A stretch of 64,000 nt of DNA. Source: Candidatus Bathyarchaeota archaeon (GTDB taxonomy: Archaea; Thermoproteota; Bathyarchaeia; Bathyarchaeales; Bathycorpusculaceae). The DNA lies in the NCBI GenBank assembly GCA_963828195.1, contig CAWHDT010000005.1:160001-224000 (forward strand), read 5' to 3'. Positions 37,358 through 48,061 of this stretch are shown piece by piece (the first letter of the stretch is position 1; every line of letters begins with the position of its first letter). Below the pieces are notes generated by a model. The model saw nothing but the letters and a program-made list of their open reading frames with translations, was not told the origin of the DNA and ran no database searches. The translations under genes and the position numbers were made by a program.

Positions 37358-38098
37358 TTAATTGCGTCCGGAGTTTCGCTGCGCAGAAGCTTTCTGTAAT
37401 ACAAGAATAATTGTGGGCGTCTGGGCGCAGCCTGTGGCTTTTAAACGTTTAACTTCGCACAGAGCGAATTTTTTGCCGACGATCTGTTTGACGCGTTCCA
37501 CGGTAAAATAGTTTTTATGGTCGTCGTAAAGTAAGCTTCCTATTCCCTCGGGAGTTTCTATTATCAAATGACCATTAGCCCTAATTAGTCTGTAAGCATC
37601 ATCAAAGAAATTATTGGGATTCCACAGATGCTCCAGCACCTCAGAGGCGATAACTACGTCGAAACTGTTGGTGGCAAAAGCTAAATGCTCAGCGTCGTTA
37701 GCCACAACCGAGGGGGCTCCACAATTCTGAGCTAACGCGGCAATTGTCGGCAGCTCTACAGAAACAACGTAATTGCCCATTTTCTCCAAAGGTTTACCGA
37801 TAACGCCCTCGCCGCACCCCACATCTAAAATCGTCAAATTCGTGCCTAAACGGCTAAAAATATCGGAGAAAATTTGCAGCCGAGCTGTGTTCAGGGCGCT
37901 TCCGCGCATGAACTCGGGAGAAGCCTGCATCAGGGTTATGTGTCTTGAGCAGCCGTATTTCTGCCACTCCACCCAATCCTGTTTACTTCGATATCTCCGC
38001 CTATAGACCGTTTCTCTCATAATCAGCCGTTGAAGCTGCCGGGGATGCGACACCAAATATGGAAACCCTTGAACCCGACTTTTCACCATCTTTAACAT
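37358..38098 (-). CDS. Class I SAM-dependent methyltransferase
   Basis: ILDVGCGEG, SFDVVIASEVLEHL. Confidence 0.9.
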   Translation of the reverse strand: MLKMVKSRVQGFPYLVSHPRQLQRLIMRETVYRRRYRSKQDWVEWQKYGCSRHITLMQASPEFMRGSALNTARLQIFSDIFSRLGTNLTILDVGCGEGVIGKPLEKMGNYVVSVELPTIAALAQNCGAPSVVANDAEHLAFATNSFDVVIASEVLEHLWNPNNFFDDAYRLIRANGHLIIETPEGIGSLLYDDHKNYFTVERVKQIVGKKFALCEVKRLKATGCAQTPTIILVLQKASAQRNSGRN

Positions 38099-38426
38099 AG
38101 GCTTCCATATCCCCTCTGCGTAGCAATTAAGGAGTTATCTTCAAAGATATTTTGGCTCCCCATTTTTCAACCTTATTTATAGATTCAAGCGAGTTTGATT
38201 TAAATCTTCTTTCCTTTGAAATAAATGAAAAATGAGTTCAGACTTTGGTGTTTTATTTCCTTTTTTAACATGATCGACGCTAATGCGTCGCAAGAAAATG
38301 CATTTCGCTGTAAAGTTTTATGTTTCGGGTGTTCTCAGAAAAGTATTTCTTTGGGTTTTATCCCATAACTTGGTTCATATGGATGGTAAGATAGCCTTTT
38401 CCTAATGGGGTCTGTGAGCAGCAAAA

Positions 38427-39881
38427 ATGCGTGTTTGTTTGATTAATCCTCCTCGTATCCAACCGAAATCGTGGGGAAAACCCAATGTTTTTCAACCCTT
38501 AGATTTAGCATACGTGGCGGCGCTGCTTGAAAAAGAGCATCAAGTAATCATTATAGATGCACCTACTGAGGGCCGAGGGAATCTTGAGGACGTTGGCGGA
38601 ACTAAATATCGGGTGGGGCTGTCAAATGAAGAAATAGCAAATAGGATTAGACAGTTCTCGCCTGACTTGGTTGAAATTCATATTCCGTTCTCTGGATGGT
38701 GCCAACCAGCGTATGAAGTCGCTTCAACGACTAAAGGCATCAACAAAGACACCGTTACCGTGCTTAGCGGGCTACATCCAACTTCAAGACCTGAAGATTC
38801 CCTAAAGCAACCAAACGTCGATTTTGTTGTAATGGGCGAAGCAGAACAAACCATGCAAGAGTTAACCGACATATGCGAACAGAAAACAAGTAAGAACCTT
38901 GATAAAGTAAAAGGAATTGGCTACCTAAAAAATGGAAAAACAGTTATCAATCCTCCAAGACCGCCGCTTGAAAATCTCGATTCCTTACCTTTTCCCGCAA
39001 GACACCTGCTTCCGATGGAAGAATACTTTGCCGCAGTAAAAGAAAATCCGCTTGGAGGAGAAATACACAAACCATGGGCAATGATGGTGACCAGTAGAGG
39101 CTGCCCGTACAACTGCGTTTTTTGTTCGATTCATGTTGTTATGGGAAGAAAGTGGCGTGGCAGAAGCCCCGAGAACGTTGTTGCAGAGATAGAGCAGCTG
39201 GTTCAGACTTATCATGTCAAACAAATCGACTTCTTAGATGACAACATGACGCTGAACAAGAAACGTATGGAGACCATCTGTGACTTAATCGTGAAAAAAC
39301 GCTTAGACATCGAATGGTTCACCCCAAACGGCGTAAGAGCGGACACCCTTGACGAAAATCTTTTAAAGAAAATGAAGGCGTCTGGCTGCAGGAAAATAAA
39401 AGTGGCTCCTGAATCGGGGGTTCAACGCGTCGTGGATCAAATTATCAAAAAGGACCTGAATCTAGAAGCGGTGGAGAACGCCGTGGTTTTATCAAAAAAA
39501 TTAGGCATCAAAGTAGGCTGCTTCTTCATTATAGGTCTAATAGGTGAAACAAAAGAAGACATAAAAACGACTATAAAATACGCTTATAAGCTGAGACGAT
39601 TGGGAGCAGACAGTTTCTATTTTAGCTATGCCACACCCGTATATGGAACCGAACTCTATGAACAGGCTAAGAACGGCGGCTTCTTAAGAGACTGCTTCAG
39701 CGACGAAGTTTTAGCTGCCGCAGAACCGCTCATTGAAACTCCCGAGTTCACGGCAAACGATCTGCGGGAATTATGTGCTCAAGCCATTTTGGTAAACCCA
39801 ACTTTTACTCGTGACAAAATTATAAAGGCAATTCGTGATCCAAAAAAAGCAATAAAAGTTTTAGTTGGAAAAGTAGGTTAA
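38427..39881 (+). CDS. Cobalamin-binding radical SAM protein
   Basis: PLDLAYVAA B12 domain; TSRGCPYNCVFC; ESG.QR. Confidence 0.92.
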   Translation: MRVCLINPPRIQPKSWGKPNVFQPLDLAYVAALLEKEHQVIIIDAPTEGRGNLEDVGGTKYRVGLSNEEIANRIRQFSPDLVEIHIPFSGWCQPAYEVASTTKGINKDTVTVLSGLHPTSRPEDSLKQPNVDFVVMGEAEQTMQELTDICEQKTSKNLDKVKGIGYLKNGKTVINPPRPPLENLDSLPFPARHLLPMEEYFAAVKENPLGGEIHKPWAMMVTSRGCPYNCVFCSIHVVMGRKWRGRSPENVVAEIEQLVQTYHVKQIDFLDDNMTLNKKRMETICDLIVKKRLDIEWFTPNGVRADTLDENLLKKMKASGCRKIKVAPESGVQRVVDQIIKKDLNLEAVENAVVLSKKLGIKVGCFFIIGLIGETKEDIKTTIKYAYKLRRLGADSFYFSYATPVYGTELYEQAKNGGFLRDCFSDEVLAAAEPLIETPEFTANDLRELCAQAILVNPTFTRDKIIKAIRDPKKAIKVLVGKVG

Positions 39882-40074
39882 CATAAAAACACTTACAAAA
39901 TTAAGCCTTCATCTATTCAGCATAGAGTGATTCTTTTGCATTTTTGAAATCATAAAAAGCTTGTTTCTCGAAATCTCTAAAGTCCTATAAGCAAGTTGCT
40001 TTGAGAAAGGGTTCTGTTGAGCAATGGCATTTATGCTCGTTGCTTAACAAAAAAATTAAGGAGAAAAAGAAAAA

Positions 40075-42849
40075 ATGCAAATTGCTAAAAACAGAATTGC
40101 AGCTATTGCGATTGCAGTATTTTTAACACTCTCAATGTCAGCTTCAATGATGTTTGTACCCTCTGTTAGCGCACACAGTCCGCCATGGAACCTTCCAACG
40201 TTCGCGTACATACAGGTCTCGCCTAACCCGATAGGTGTCGGTCAAACGGCGACTGTATACATGTTTCAAACCAACACTTATGACAATGCAGCTGTAGTAA
40301 ACAACTATAGATTCCAAAACTACGAGCTCATCATTACTGCACCTGACGGCACAACATCCTCAGTGAATTTTCCGTATATATCTGACCCAACATCAAACCA
40401 GGCTTACAGTTGGACACCTACCCAAGTCGGCACGTACAGCTTTAACTTTACTTTCCCAGGACAAACACTAACCACCAGCAATGACCTCTCAACCTCAGCG
40501 TACATCAATGATACTTACCTGCCCAGCTCCGCATTTTGCACATGCACCGTCCAGCAACAAACAATCCCGATATTAGGCAGCGCACCACTTCCAACCAGCT
40601 ACTGGACACGCCCAATATACGGGGAAAACACCAACTGGTACACGATTTCGTCAGACTGGCTCGGCTCAGGCTCAGCAGGCTACGGCGTCAACGCAGCAGG
40701 CTCCGATGTACCCCCAGGAGGAGCAGTGGGACCTCAAACTAGCCACATCATGTGGACCTACCCGATTGACATGGGCGGAGTTGTAGGAGGAAACAACTTT
40801 GTCACACCAGGAACCGCGTATTTCGAAGGGTCCGCATACAACGGCAGATTCACCAATCCAATAATAATCGACGGATTCCTATACTACACTGAACCAATAT
40901 CGTTCTCAGGCACCACTGCCGGACCAACTGTCTGCCAAAATCTGCAAACAGGACAAATCATTTGGAGCAGCACTCAAGTGCCCGCCTTATCCTTCGCCTA
41001 CGTCTATGACCTAAATGACCCAGACCAACACGGAGTTTACCCACCAATACTCTTTACATCTGGCTTTGCCCGAGCTTTTGATGCATACACGGGAGACCCA
41101 CTTTTCAACGTGACCGGCGTTCCAACAGGCACAGCAATTCCTGGTCCCTCAGGAGAACAGCTGAAACTCATATTGGCTAACGACGGCAACACTACCAACC
41201 CACAGATGTACCTAAGTGAATGGAACTCCTCCAGACTTTGGGAGACTTTTGAAAACCCATGGACCCTTGCAGCCGTCACTAACCCAACACTTTACAACGA
41301 CTCCACGAGTACTGGCGCTGTTTTAACCACTGGCCAATCACAAGAGGCAAACGTAACTCAGCCAGCGGTAGGCTCTTTCGCAGGAAATAGCAACGACCAA
41401 CCAGCTACCTACAACTACTTAGTCTACGCAAACGTCGTAAACTCGACTAGTCCACTGTACAGTTATGACTATAACATTTCGCTGTCTTGGGCTAACACTG
41501 TTACACCAGTACCAACGATAGTTGCAGCTTGGGAGGGCAACATGATGCTTTGCATAAGCGGCTCTTACCCAGCGTTAGACGGCTCACAAACACCCTACAC
41601 ATACTACGGCGTCAACCTTAACGCGTCTGTGGGTCCAATCGGCTCATTGCTATGGAGCAATACTGTTCAACCTGCACCAGGCAACGTCACTGTCAGCTAT
41701 TGTGGCCCAAGCAACGGCGATCCAACGTACGGTGTCTTCGTTGAATTCCACAAGGAAACCATGCAGTTTGTAGGATACAGCATGGCGACGGGAAAGCAAA
41801 TTTGGGGTCCAATCGGCAACTATTCAGATGACCAGCTGATGTACTATAACATCGGATACAACAGCGGCGGCGACGAATCAGGAGCTTCAGTTGCTTACGG
41901 CAATCTCTACTACGACGGATTCGGAGGAGTAATGTCCTGCTACAGTTTAGCAACAGGAAACCTACTGTGGACTTACGGCAACGGCGGCCCAGGCAACAGC
42001 ACCAGCAGCGGCGGCATGACATATCCCGATGGTTACTATCCAACATCCATATTCGCTATCGGCAACGGAATAGTATACACAACAACTACTGAGCACACAG
42101 TGGAAAACCCGATTTACAAGGGCGCATTGCAACGTGCAGTAAACGCAACAAATGGACAAGAAATCTGGACCTTAAGCGACGTCACATCTGAAGCAGGTTC
42201 ACCATCCGGAGCTCTAGCTACAGGCGCTATCGCAGACGGCTTTTCCGTAACCCTAAACGGCTATGACAACCAAATTTACTGCGTCGGCCAAGGACCAAGC
42301 GCCACAACGGTTTCAGCACCAGATGTAGCAGTACCGTTCGGAACCCCCGTACTAATCAAGGGCACAGTGATAGATGTATCCGCTGGCACACAGCAAACAG
42401 AGCAGAAAGGCGCATTTCCAAATGGAGTTCCAGTTGCATCTGACGCATGCGAAAGTGCATGGATGAGCTACGTTTACCAGCAGCAGCCAATCCCAACCGA
42501 CTTTACCGGTGTACAAGTGAACATAAACGTCATCGACTCGAACGGCAACTACAGAACCATAGGCACCGCAACAACTACTTCAGACGGCACCTACAGCCTC
42601 ACGTGGACGCCTGACATCGCCGGCAACTACACAGTGATCGCAAACTTCGCAGGAACCAACGCTTACTGGGGATCAACAGCCCAAAACGCTTTCACAGTAA
42701 TGCAGCCAGTGTCACCAACCGCCGCACCTACAGCATCACCCACATCTGCTGCAGACACGTACTTCGTTCCCGCAATCGCTGGACTATTCGTCTTAATCAT
42801 CATAGTCTTAGCTGTAGTCGTACTGCTGATGTTCAGAAAACGACCATAA
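40075..42849 (+). CDS. Large cell-surface protein with PQQ-like beta-propeller and Ig-like domains
   Basis: Signal peptide, VSPNPIGVGQ, PLPTSYWTRPI, AVNATNGQEIW, C-terminal TM plus RKRP. Confidence 0.85.
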   Translation: MQIAKNRIAAIAIAVFLTLSMSASMMFVPSVSAHSPPWNLPTFAYIQVSPNPIGVGQTATVYMFQTNTYDNAAVVNNYRFQNYELIITAPDGTTSSVNFPYISDPTSNQAYSWTPTQVGTYSFNFTFPGQTLTTSNDLSTSAYINDTYLPSSAFCTCTVQQQTIPILGSAPLPTSYWTRPIYGENTNWYTISSDWLGSGSAGYGVNAAGSDVPPGGAVGPQTSHIMWTYPIDMGGVVGGNNFVTPGTAYFEGSAYNGRFTNPIIIDGFLYYTEPISFSGTTAGPTVCQNLQTGQIIWSSTQVPALSFAYVYDLNDPDQHGVYPPILFTSGFARAFDAYTGDPLFNVTGVPTGTAIPGPSGEQLKLILANDGNTTNPQMYLSEWNSSRLWETFENPWTLAAVTNPTLYNDSTSTGAVLTTGQSQEANVTQPAVGSFAGNSNDQPATYNYLVYANVVNSTSPLYSYDYNISLSWANTVTPVPTIVAAWEGNMMLCISGSYPALDGSQTPYTYYGVNLNASVGPIGSLLWSNTVQPAPGNVTVSYCGPSNGDPTYGVFVEFHKETMQFVGYSMATGKQIWGPIGNYSDDQLMYYNIGYNSGGDESGASVAYGNLYYDGFGGVMSCYSLATGNLLWTYGNGGPGNSTSSGGMTYPDGYYPTSIFAIGNGIVYTTTTEHTVENPIYKGALQRAVNATNGQEIWTLSDVTSEAGSPSGALATGAIADGFSVTLNGYDNQIYCVGQGPSATTVSAPDVAVPFGTPVLIKGTVIDVSAGTQQTEQKGAFPNGVPVASDACESAWMSYVYQQQPIPTDFTGVQVNINVIDSNGNYRTIGTATTTSDGTYSLTWTPDIAGNYTVIANFAGTNAYWGSTAQNAFTVMQPVSPTAAPTASPTSAADTYFVPAIAGLFVLIIIVLAVVVLLMFRKRP

Positions 42850-43021
42850 AAGCGCGCAACCAAAAATCCATATTTCCCTTTTTTATTTTTTAAATAATAG
42901 ATGTTCATCAAAGTAAATTCTGCACTTTCTAAATGAAACAGGTGTTTTTGCAGGTTGAATAGCCCAGGTGGCTGTTGACTCTATGGTAAATGTTTAAAGC
43001 TTGATTGACAGATAGGATTCG

Positions 43022-43861
43022 GTGTTTCAGATGGATAAATCAACGGTCGCAATTGTGAAGGGTGAAAGAGGGCACGAGCCCGTTTTTAAGGCGCTTGACT
43101 TGGTAGATTACAAATCATGCTTATCAGGCTACAAAAAAGCCCTCATAAAAGTCAATTTCATAACCACTAAAACATGGGATTCGGGAGCAACAACCGACCC
43201 GATTGTTGTCGAAGCTATAATTCAGAAGCTAAAGCCCCTATCCATGGAAGTTTACGTCGTCGAATCCGACGCAACCATAACTAACGCTGACAAAGCCTAT
43301 GAAGCCACCGGCATGAAGGAAATGTGCGAGCAAAACGGCGTGGAGTTCCTTAACTTGCGGTACCAAAAAGACAAAGTCAAAATTTCCATTCCCAGCTGCG
43401 AAACCTTAGGCAGCATTAAAGTGCCGCGTATCGTTACGGAATCAGCCGTAATAAGTGCCGCAAAAATGAAAACTCACATGGCTACCAAAGTCACATTGGG
43501 CATGAAGAACATGTTCGGTCTGTTGCCTGATAAACTCAAATTCAAATTCCACGCGAAAGGCATAAGCAGTGTTGTAGTTGACATAAACACTGTAATCAAA
43601 CCCGCGTTAACGGTGATAGATGGCTTCGTCGCTATGGAAGGACACGGACCAACGGATGGCACCCCAGTCAAAATGGACCTTATCATCGCTGGGAAAGACG
43701 TGGTGGCTACCGACGCAACCGCCGCGAGAGTCATGGGTTTTGACCCCATTGAGATTTCGCATATCCGCAAAGCCGCCCAGAAAGGACTTGGAAACATTGA
43801 TAACATAGAAATTGTCGGTTCAAAGCTTGACGAAGTTAAAAAGGTGTTTAAGAAGGCTTAG
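43022..43861 (+). CDS. DUF362 domain protein
   Basis: LIKVN, TTDP, KMKTH...VTLGMKNMFG, DG..AMEG.GP..G. Confidence 0.88.
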   Translation: MFQMDKSTVAIVKGERGHEPVFKALDLVDYKSCLSGYKKALIKVNFITTKTWDSGATTDPIVVEAIIQKLKPLSMEVYVVESDATITNADKAYEATGMKEMCEQNGVEFLNLRYQKDKVKISIPSCETLGSIKVPRIVTESAVISAAKMKTHMATKVTLGMKNMFGLLPDKLKFKFHAKGISSVVVDINTVIKPALTVIDGFVAMEGHGPTDGTPVKMDLIIAGKDVVATDATAARVMGFDPIEISHIRKAAQKGLGNIDNIEIVGSKLDEVKKVFKKA

Positions 43862-44010
43862 TGCGGTAAGTAGATTATACCAGCTTAGGGCTTTGTTACT
43901 GACGCGGCGCAGTCACAATTTCTTTTATATGCGCTGATGCTACAGCCTAGTTAGAGCCAACTTCGTTTAAAAAAACGAATGGCTGGCTACTTTTTAATAG
44001 GCGAAAACCC

Positions 44011-44460
44011 ATGCAGAAAAAAATAGTTTCAGCACCAATATTGCTGTTAATCGGGGGAGTAGCATTTTTTGCGCTGGGACTGCTGTTGATTCTGCAGTTA
44101 AACCCCGTTTTTAACTTATTTTCTCAGGCTGTAACGGGCGTTCAGGAAGTTGAGTCGGTCGGCGTGATCTTTCAGTTTTTGGGGCAAGCGATGGTGGTTT
44201 TCGGCGTAGTTAGATTAGTCTCGCGTAATTTGGTTTCAAGCATTCAAGCTGAGAGGCAAATTGCGATGGATGGGTTTGCCCAGAACATTCGCTTGCTGCA
44301 GGCGGGATACGTGCAGACAATGACAAAACTTGATACGGTAATAGCAAATCAGAAAGCGGCAGCAACGGCGCCGAAAACAATTATGCAGTTAAACTGCAAG
44401 TTCTGCGGAGCCACAATGCAGCAAAGCCGCTTCTGCCCTCAATGTGGCAAAGCCAATTGA
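44011..44460 (+). CDS. Membrane protein with C-terminal zinc ribbon
   Basis: Two TM segments; CKFCG...FCPQCG. Confidence 0.8.
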   Translation: MQKKIVSAPILLLIGGVAFFALGLLLILQLNPVFNLFSQAVTGVQEVESVGVIFQFLGQAMVVFGVVRLVSRNLVSSIQAERQIAMDGFAQNIRLLQAGYVQTMTKLDTVIANQKAAATAPKTIMQLNCKFCGATMQQSRFCPQCGKAN

Positions 44461-44579
44461 CGCTTTGAATAGGTAAAGTTTTTCAGCCTACTTTAGTCTT
44501 GTCTCTCTTACAGTTTACCCTCGGTTTTCTGGATAAACCAATTGAGGCCACGTGAAAATTCTGCTGCGTGATTTTTTTT

Positions 44580-44626
44580 TAAAAGAAGAAGATGCTGGTG
44601 AAAACAATTTTTCTTCTTCTTCTTCC
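44580..44626. repeat. (GAA)n/(TTC)n hairpin, dispersed repeat copy 2
   Basis: taaaagaagaaga...aaaacaatttttcttcttcttcttcc. Confidence 0.7.
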
Positions 44627-44972
44627 AAAACCATCCAATCAGTAACATACAAACTGATTGCAGTAACATAACTTTTAAGTCAAGATGGCTATTTGTCGGA
44701 GCTTAGGCAGGTTTTTACACGCTCAATTAGGATCTTATAGAGGGTCCAAATAGGTTTTGAAAAAGCATTTTTCCCTTCTTTAACACCCGCCCTTTGGTCC
44801 AGCAGAGAAGCCGTCAACCGATGTCATGGTTAAAAACAGATATTTTCCTCAAACTCACGGCATTCATAGTTATTTACATAGTTATTTATACCCTCGAATT
44901 TCATAAATTACACACCAGACACTTTCAGGACAGAAAAGGGAAATTAGAAGATTTGACTGTGAGGTAAAAAAA

Positions 44973-46208
44973 ATGAAGCATAGGGTGACAAAGGCGCTGA
45001 GAGTTGGCTACATCCTTCTCGCCATCTTCTTTCTGCTCTTTGCTTTCGCATTGTTGCCTCAGCCAGTTCGAGCACAGACAGTGACGGCGACAGTGAACGG
45101 TCTGAGCGAGCCTTTTGAGGTGGCGGTAACACCCAACGGCGACTATGCGTACGTTACAAATGGCGGCGGTTCGGTGTCGGTGATTAGCACTGCGACGAAC
45201 AAGGTGACGGCGACTATAAACGGGGGAAACGGTCCTTTTGGCGTTGCTATAACACCCAACGGCGACTACGCATATGTTACGAATGGCGGCAGCGGTTCAG
45301 TCTGGGCAGTTAACACAGCTACCAATGAAGTGACGTCGAAAATAACTGTTGGAAACGGCCCTTTCGGTGTAGCTATATCGCCCAAGGGCGACTATGCGTA
45401 TGTAACTAATTTTGGCAGCGATTCAGTGTCGGTGATTAGCACGGCTTCGAATAAAGTGATTGGGACGGTAACCGTCGGAGGTGATCCTCAAGATGTGGCT
45501 GTTACCCCCAACGGCGGCTACGCATATGTTACAAACTTTGGCAGCGGCACGGTTTCGGTGATAAATACGACTACGAACAAGGTAGCGGCGACGGTAACTG
45601 TTGAAAGCGGTCCCTATGGTGTAGCTGTAACACCCGACGGCGACTACGCCTACGTTGCAAATTCTGGAAGCGGGACGGTCTCGGTGATAGACACGTCTAC
45701 GAACACAGTCACGGCGACGATAACGGGTCTAAGCGAGCCTTTTGGGGTAGCTGTAACGCCTAACGGTGCCTACGCCTACGTCACGAATGATGACAACAGC
45801 ACGGTTTCGGTCATAAGCACGGCTACAAATAAGGTGACCGCGGAAGTAACTGTTGGAAAGGACCCTTATGGTGTGGCGGTAACGCCCAATGGCACATTTG
45901 CCTACGTGGTGAATTTTGACAGCGCAACGGTCTCGGTGATAAATGTGGCTTCTGCTAATGTGACTCCAACGCCAACTTCAACTCCAACACCCGCGTTGAC
46001 GCCATCAGCGACTGCGACAGCATCTGTTAATGCGTTTGGAAACGGCGAGTCGAATTCAAACTTGACCGTCTATCAGCAGCATTCAGTGGCTATTGCAATA
46101 GCAGCTGCAGTAGCTATTGTGGTGGTTAGTACTATCTTAATTAAAGTGAAACCCAGACATCCAGGCAAAAGGTTTCAGGCTAACCAGCAAAGATTGAGTT
46201 GTAAATAA
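44973..46208 (+). CDS. YVTN-repeat 7-bladed beta-propeller surface protein
   Basis: Seven repeats of about 42 aa, P.GVAVTP.G.YAYVTN..S..VSVI; T/P linker; C-terminal TM. Confidence 0.93.
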   Translation: MKHRVTKALRVGYILLAIFFLLFAFALLPQPVRAQTVTATVNGLSEPFEVAVTPNGDYAYVTNGGGSVSVISTATNKVTATINGGNGPFGVAITPNGDYAYVTNGGSGSVWAVNTATNEVTSKITVGNGPFGVAISPKGDYAYVTNFGSDSVSVISTASNKVIGTVTVGGDPQDVAVTPNGGYAYVTNFGSGTVSVINTTTNKVAATVTVESGPYGVAVTPDGDYAYVANSGSGTVSVIDTSTNTVTATITGLSEPFGVAVTPNGAYAYVTNDDNSTVSVISTATNKVTAEVTVGKDPYGVAVTPNGTFAYVVNFDSATVSVINVASANVTPTPTSTPTPALTPSATATASVNAFGNGESNSNLTVYQQHSVAIAIAAAVAIVVVSTILIKVKPRHPGKRFQANQQRLSCK

Positions 46209-46227
46209 AAAATAGGAAGACGCAAAG

Positions 46228-47442
46228 ATGACTTGGGAACTTCCCAGCAACATTGCATTGCCCGTATTCGCCGCAATAATACTGGTGGGAATCTACCTCA
46301 TCCTTAAACTGACCAAAAACAAAACCAATAAAGTTAGCAGACTGAGACTTTTCATCCAAATAAACGCTGCTATCGCAATATTTATGGGGCTTATATTGGG
46401 TCCTTTCGATACACCGCTATGGCGGCCCATGGGACCTTCACCACGCAGCCTTTTAATCGGATCCACATTTTTGAAGAACCAGTTTCCAGACGGCTTCTCA
46501 GTCCCTGCTTTAGCATGCTACTACTCCAATGGGCGAACAGTCACTTGCGCTCTTTGGCAACTTCAAGCCTACATTTTCCCATACTGGAACTACTCAAACG
46601 GCTATAACGCCATATACTCAACCTCAGGTTTGGAAAAAATAGGCATAGTTGTAGGCTTGCTGGTGGTCGCATCCCTAATTTTGGGAAGAGCTTTCTGCGG
46701 TTGGCTATGCCCCTTCGGCCTCTATATGGACGTTTTAACCCGAATCCGCAAAACCACACGGCTACGACATCTGCACTTTTCCGAAAAAACAAACCAGGCG
46801 ATTGCACAATCAAGATATATCATCATTGCGGTTATTTTGATTCTTTGCGTCATCTTTGCTTCATACGCCATTTTTGGTGCCCAGCTTATTCCAGGCACCA
46901 CACCTGCAGGACCCACGGGACAAGCAGGGATTGTCGGTAACCTCGACGAACCTTTTTGCTTGGTTTGCCCAATGAGGCCTCTCTGCATTTTAATAGAGTG
47001 CGCTTTGGGAGAAATGAAGTTTTCATACATCGCGAAAATAGCCAGTGGACCCTTATGGATAACAGGCTTCTACGTTACATCCATAAACTTAGCCGTCCTA
47101 ATCGCCGTCACAGTTTTAGCTTTAGCCTACAGGAGGTTCTGGTGCCGAATCTGCCCCCTAGGCGGCTTAACCGCGTTATTCAGCACTTTCACCCCCTTCA
47201 AGCAAATCGCCATGACCAAACTCACCAAAAACAAAGAAAAATGCACCAAATGCGGAGTCTGCAAACGCGTCTGCCCAACCCAAGCAACCGATGTGTACGA
47301 GAAGAAAGGCGGCGACGTAACCGAATCCAGATGCATCCTCTGCGCACGATGCGTCGAAGCTTGCCCCTACGAAGACGCCTTGGAAATGAAGTTTGCAGGA
47401 AAAACAATGATGAAATCAAGAAACTGGCTGGAACAACAATAA
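46228..47442 (+). CDS. Membrane 4Fe-4S protein (NapH/MauN-like)
   Basis: GRAFCGWLCPFG, RRFWCRICPLG, CTKCGVCKRVCP, CILCARCVEACP. Confidence 0.9.
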   Translation: MTWELPSNIALPVFAAIILVGIYLILKLTKNKTNKVSRLRLFIQINAAIAIFMGLILGPFDTPLWRPMGPSPRSLLIGSTFLKNQFPDGFSVPALACYYSNGRTVTCALWQLQAYIFPYWNYSNGYNAIYSTSGLEKIGIVVGLLVVASLILGRAFCGWLCPFGLYMDVLTRIRKTTRLRHLHFSEKTNQAIAQSRYIIIAVILILCVIFASYAIFGAQLIPGTTPAGPTGQAGIVGNLDEPFCLVCPMRPLCILIECALGEMKFSYIAKIASGPLWITGFYVTSINLAVLIAVTVLALAYRRFWCRICPLGGLTALFSTFTPFKQIAMTKLTKNKEKCTKCGVCKRVCPTQATDVYEKKGGDVTESRCILCARCVEACPYEDALEMKFAGKTMMKSRNWLEQQ

Positions 47443-47611
47443 ATCCACAGAATTAGGCGCTACTTAATGCTGATTTTCTGGAAAACTAAAGATTATGAAA
47501 GTGAATAAAAGAAAAATGCGACCTGCAAAACAGATGCAAACATGAGGGCGTTGTCTGTTTAGTCCACGAAGGATGTATAGTTTACATTATATATTTTATT
47601 AACTGACTTGT

Positions 47612-48061
47612 ATGGCTGAAAAAACAGTTTCGATTCTTAAAGCATTAGGCAACCCCAACAAAGCCAAAATAATCGCTCACTTGGCAAAGCACAAAGGAGA
47701 AACGGCAGAACAAATCGGGAAACATTTAGGCTACCCTCTACCCACAGTCTACAAATACCTGCGGGAACTCGAGGCTGCAAGAGCAGTCGAGAGCGAAGCC
47801 AAAGGCAACACCCGACTGTATTTTGCTGGCGACTTCAAACTTGAGGTTTCGCCTGAGAAGCTGATGGAGGCATTCGAGGAGCAGACCATGACAAATTTCT
47901 ACAGAGGCAGATTTGGGGATGAGGGGATGGCTAAGTTTAACGAAGTTGCAGCTAAAGCGAAGGCTGGAAAAATGACGTTCAGACAAGCAGCCGCGACTTT
48001 GGGAATAACCTACTACGAGTTTGTCTCACTTCTCGATGAAGCCGGCGTACTTGATGCCTAA
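47612..48061 (+). CDS. ArsR-like HTH fused to UPF0175-like domain (putative antitoxin)
   Basis: LKALGNPNKAKII..L...TVYKYLRELE; C-terminal GKMTFRQAAATLGITYYEFVSLL. Confidence 0.8.
   Translation: MAEKTVSILKALGNPNKAKIIAHLAKHKGETAEQIGKHLGYPLPTVYKYLRELEAARAVESEAKGNTRLYFAGDFKLEVSPEKLMEAFEEQTMTNFYRGRFGDEGMAKFNEVAAKAKAGKMTFRQAAATLGITYYEFVSLLDEAGVLDA

Noticed and set aside
46956-47456. 166-aa alternative-frame ORF and other nested or antisense ORFs in the track
   Set aside because: They are shadows of well-supported genes and have no independent motifs
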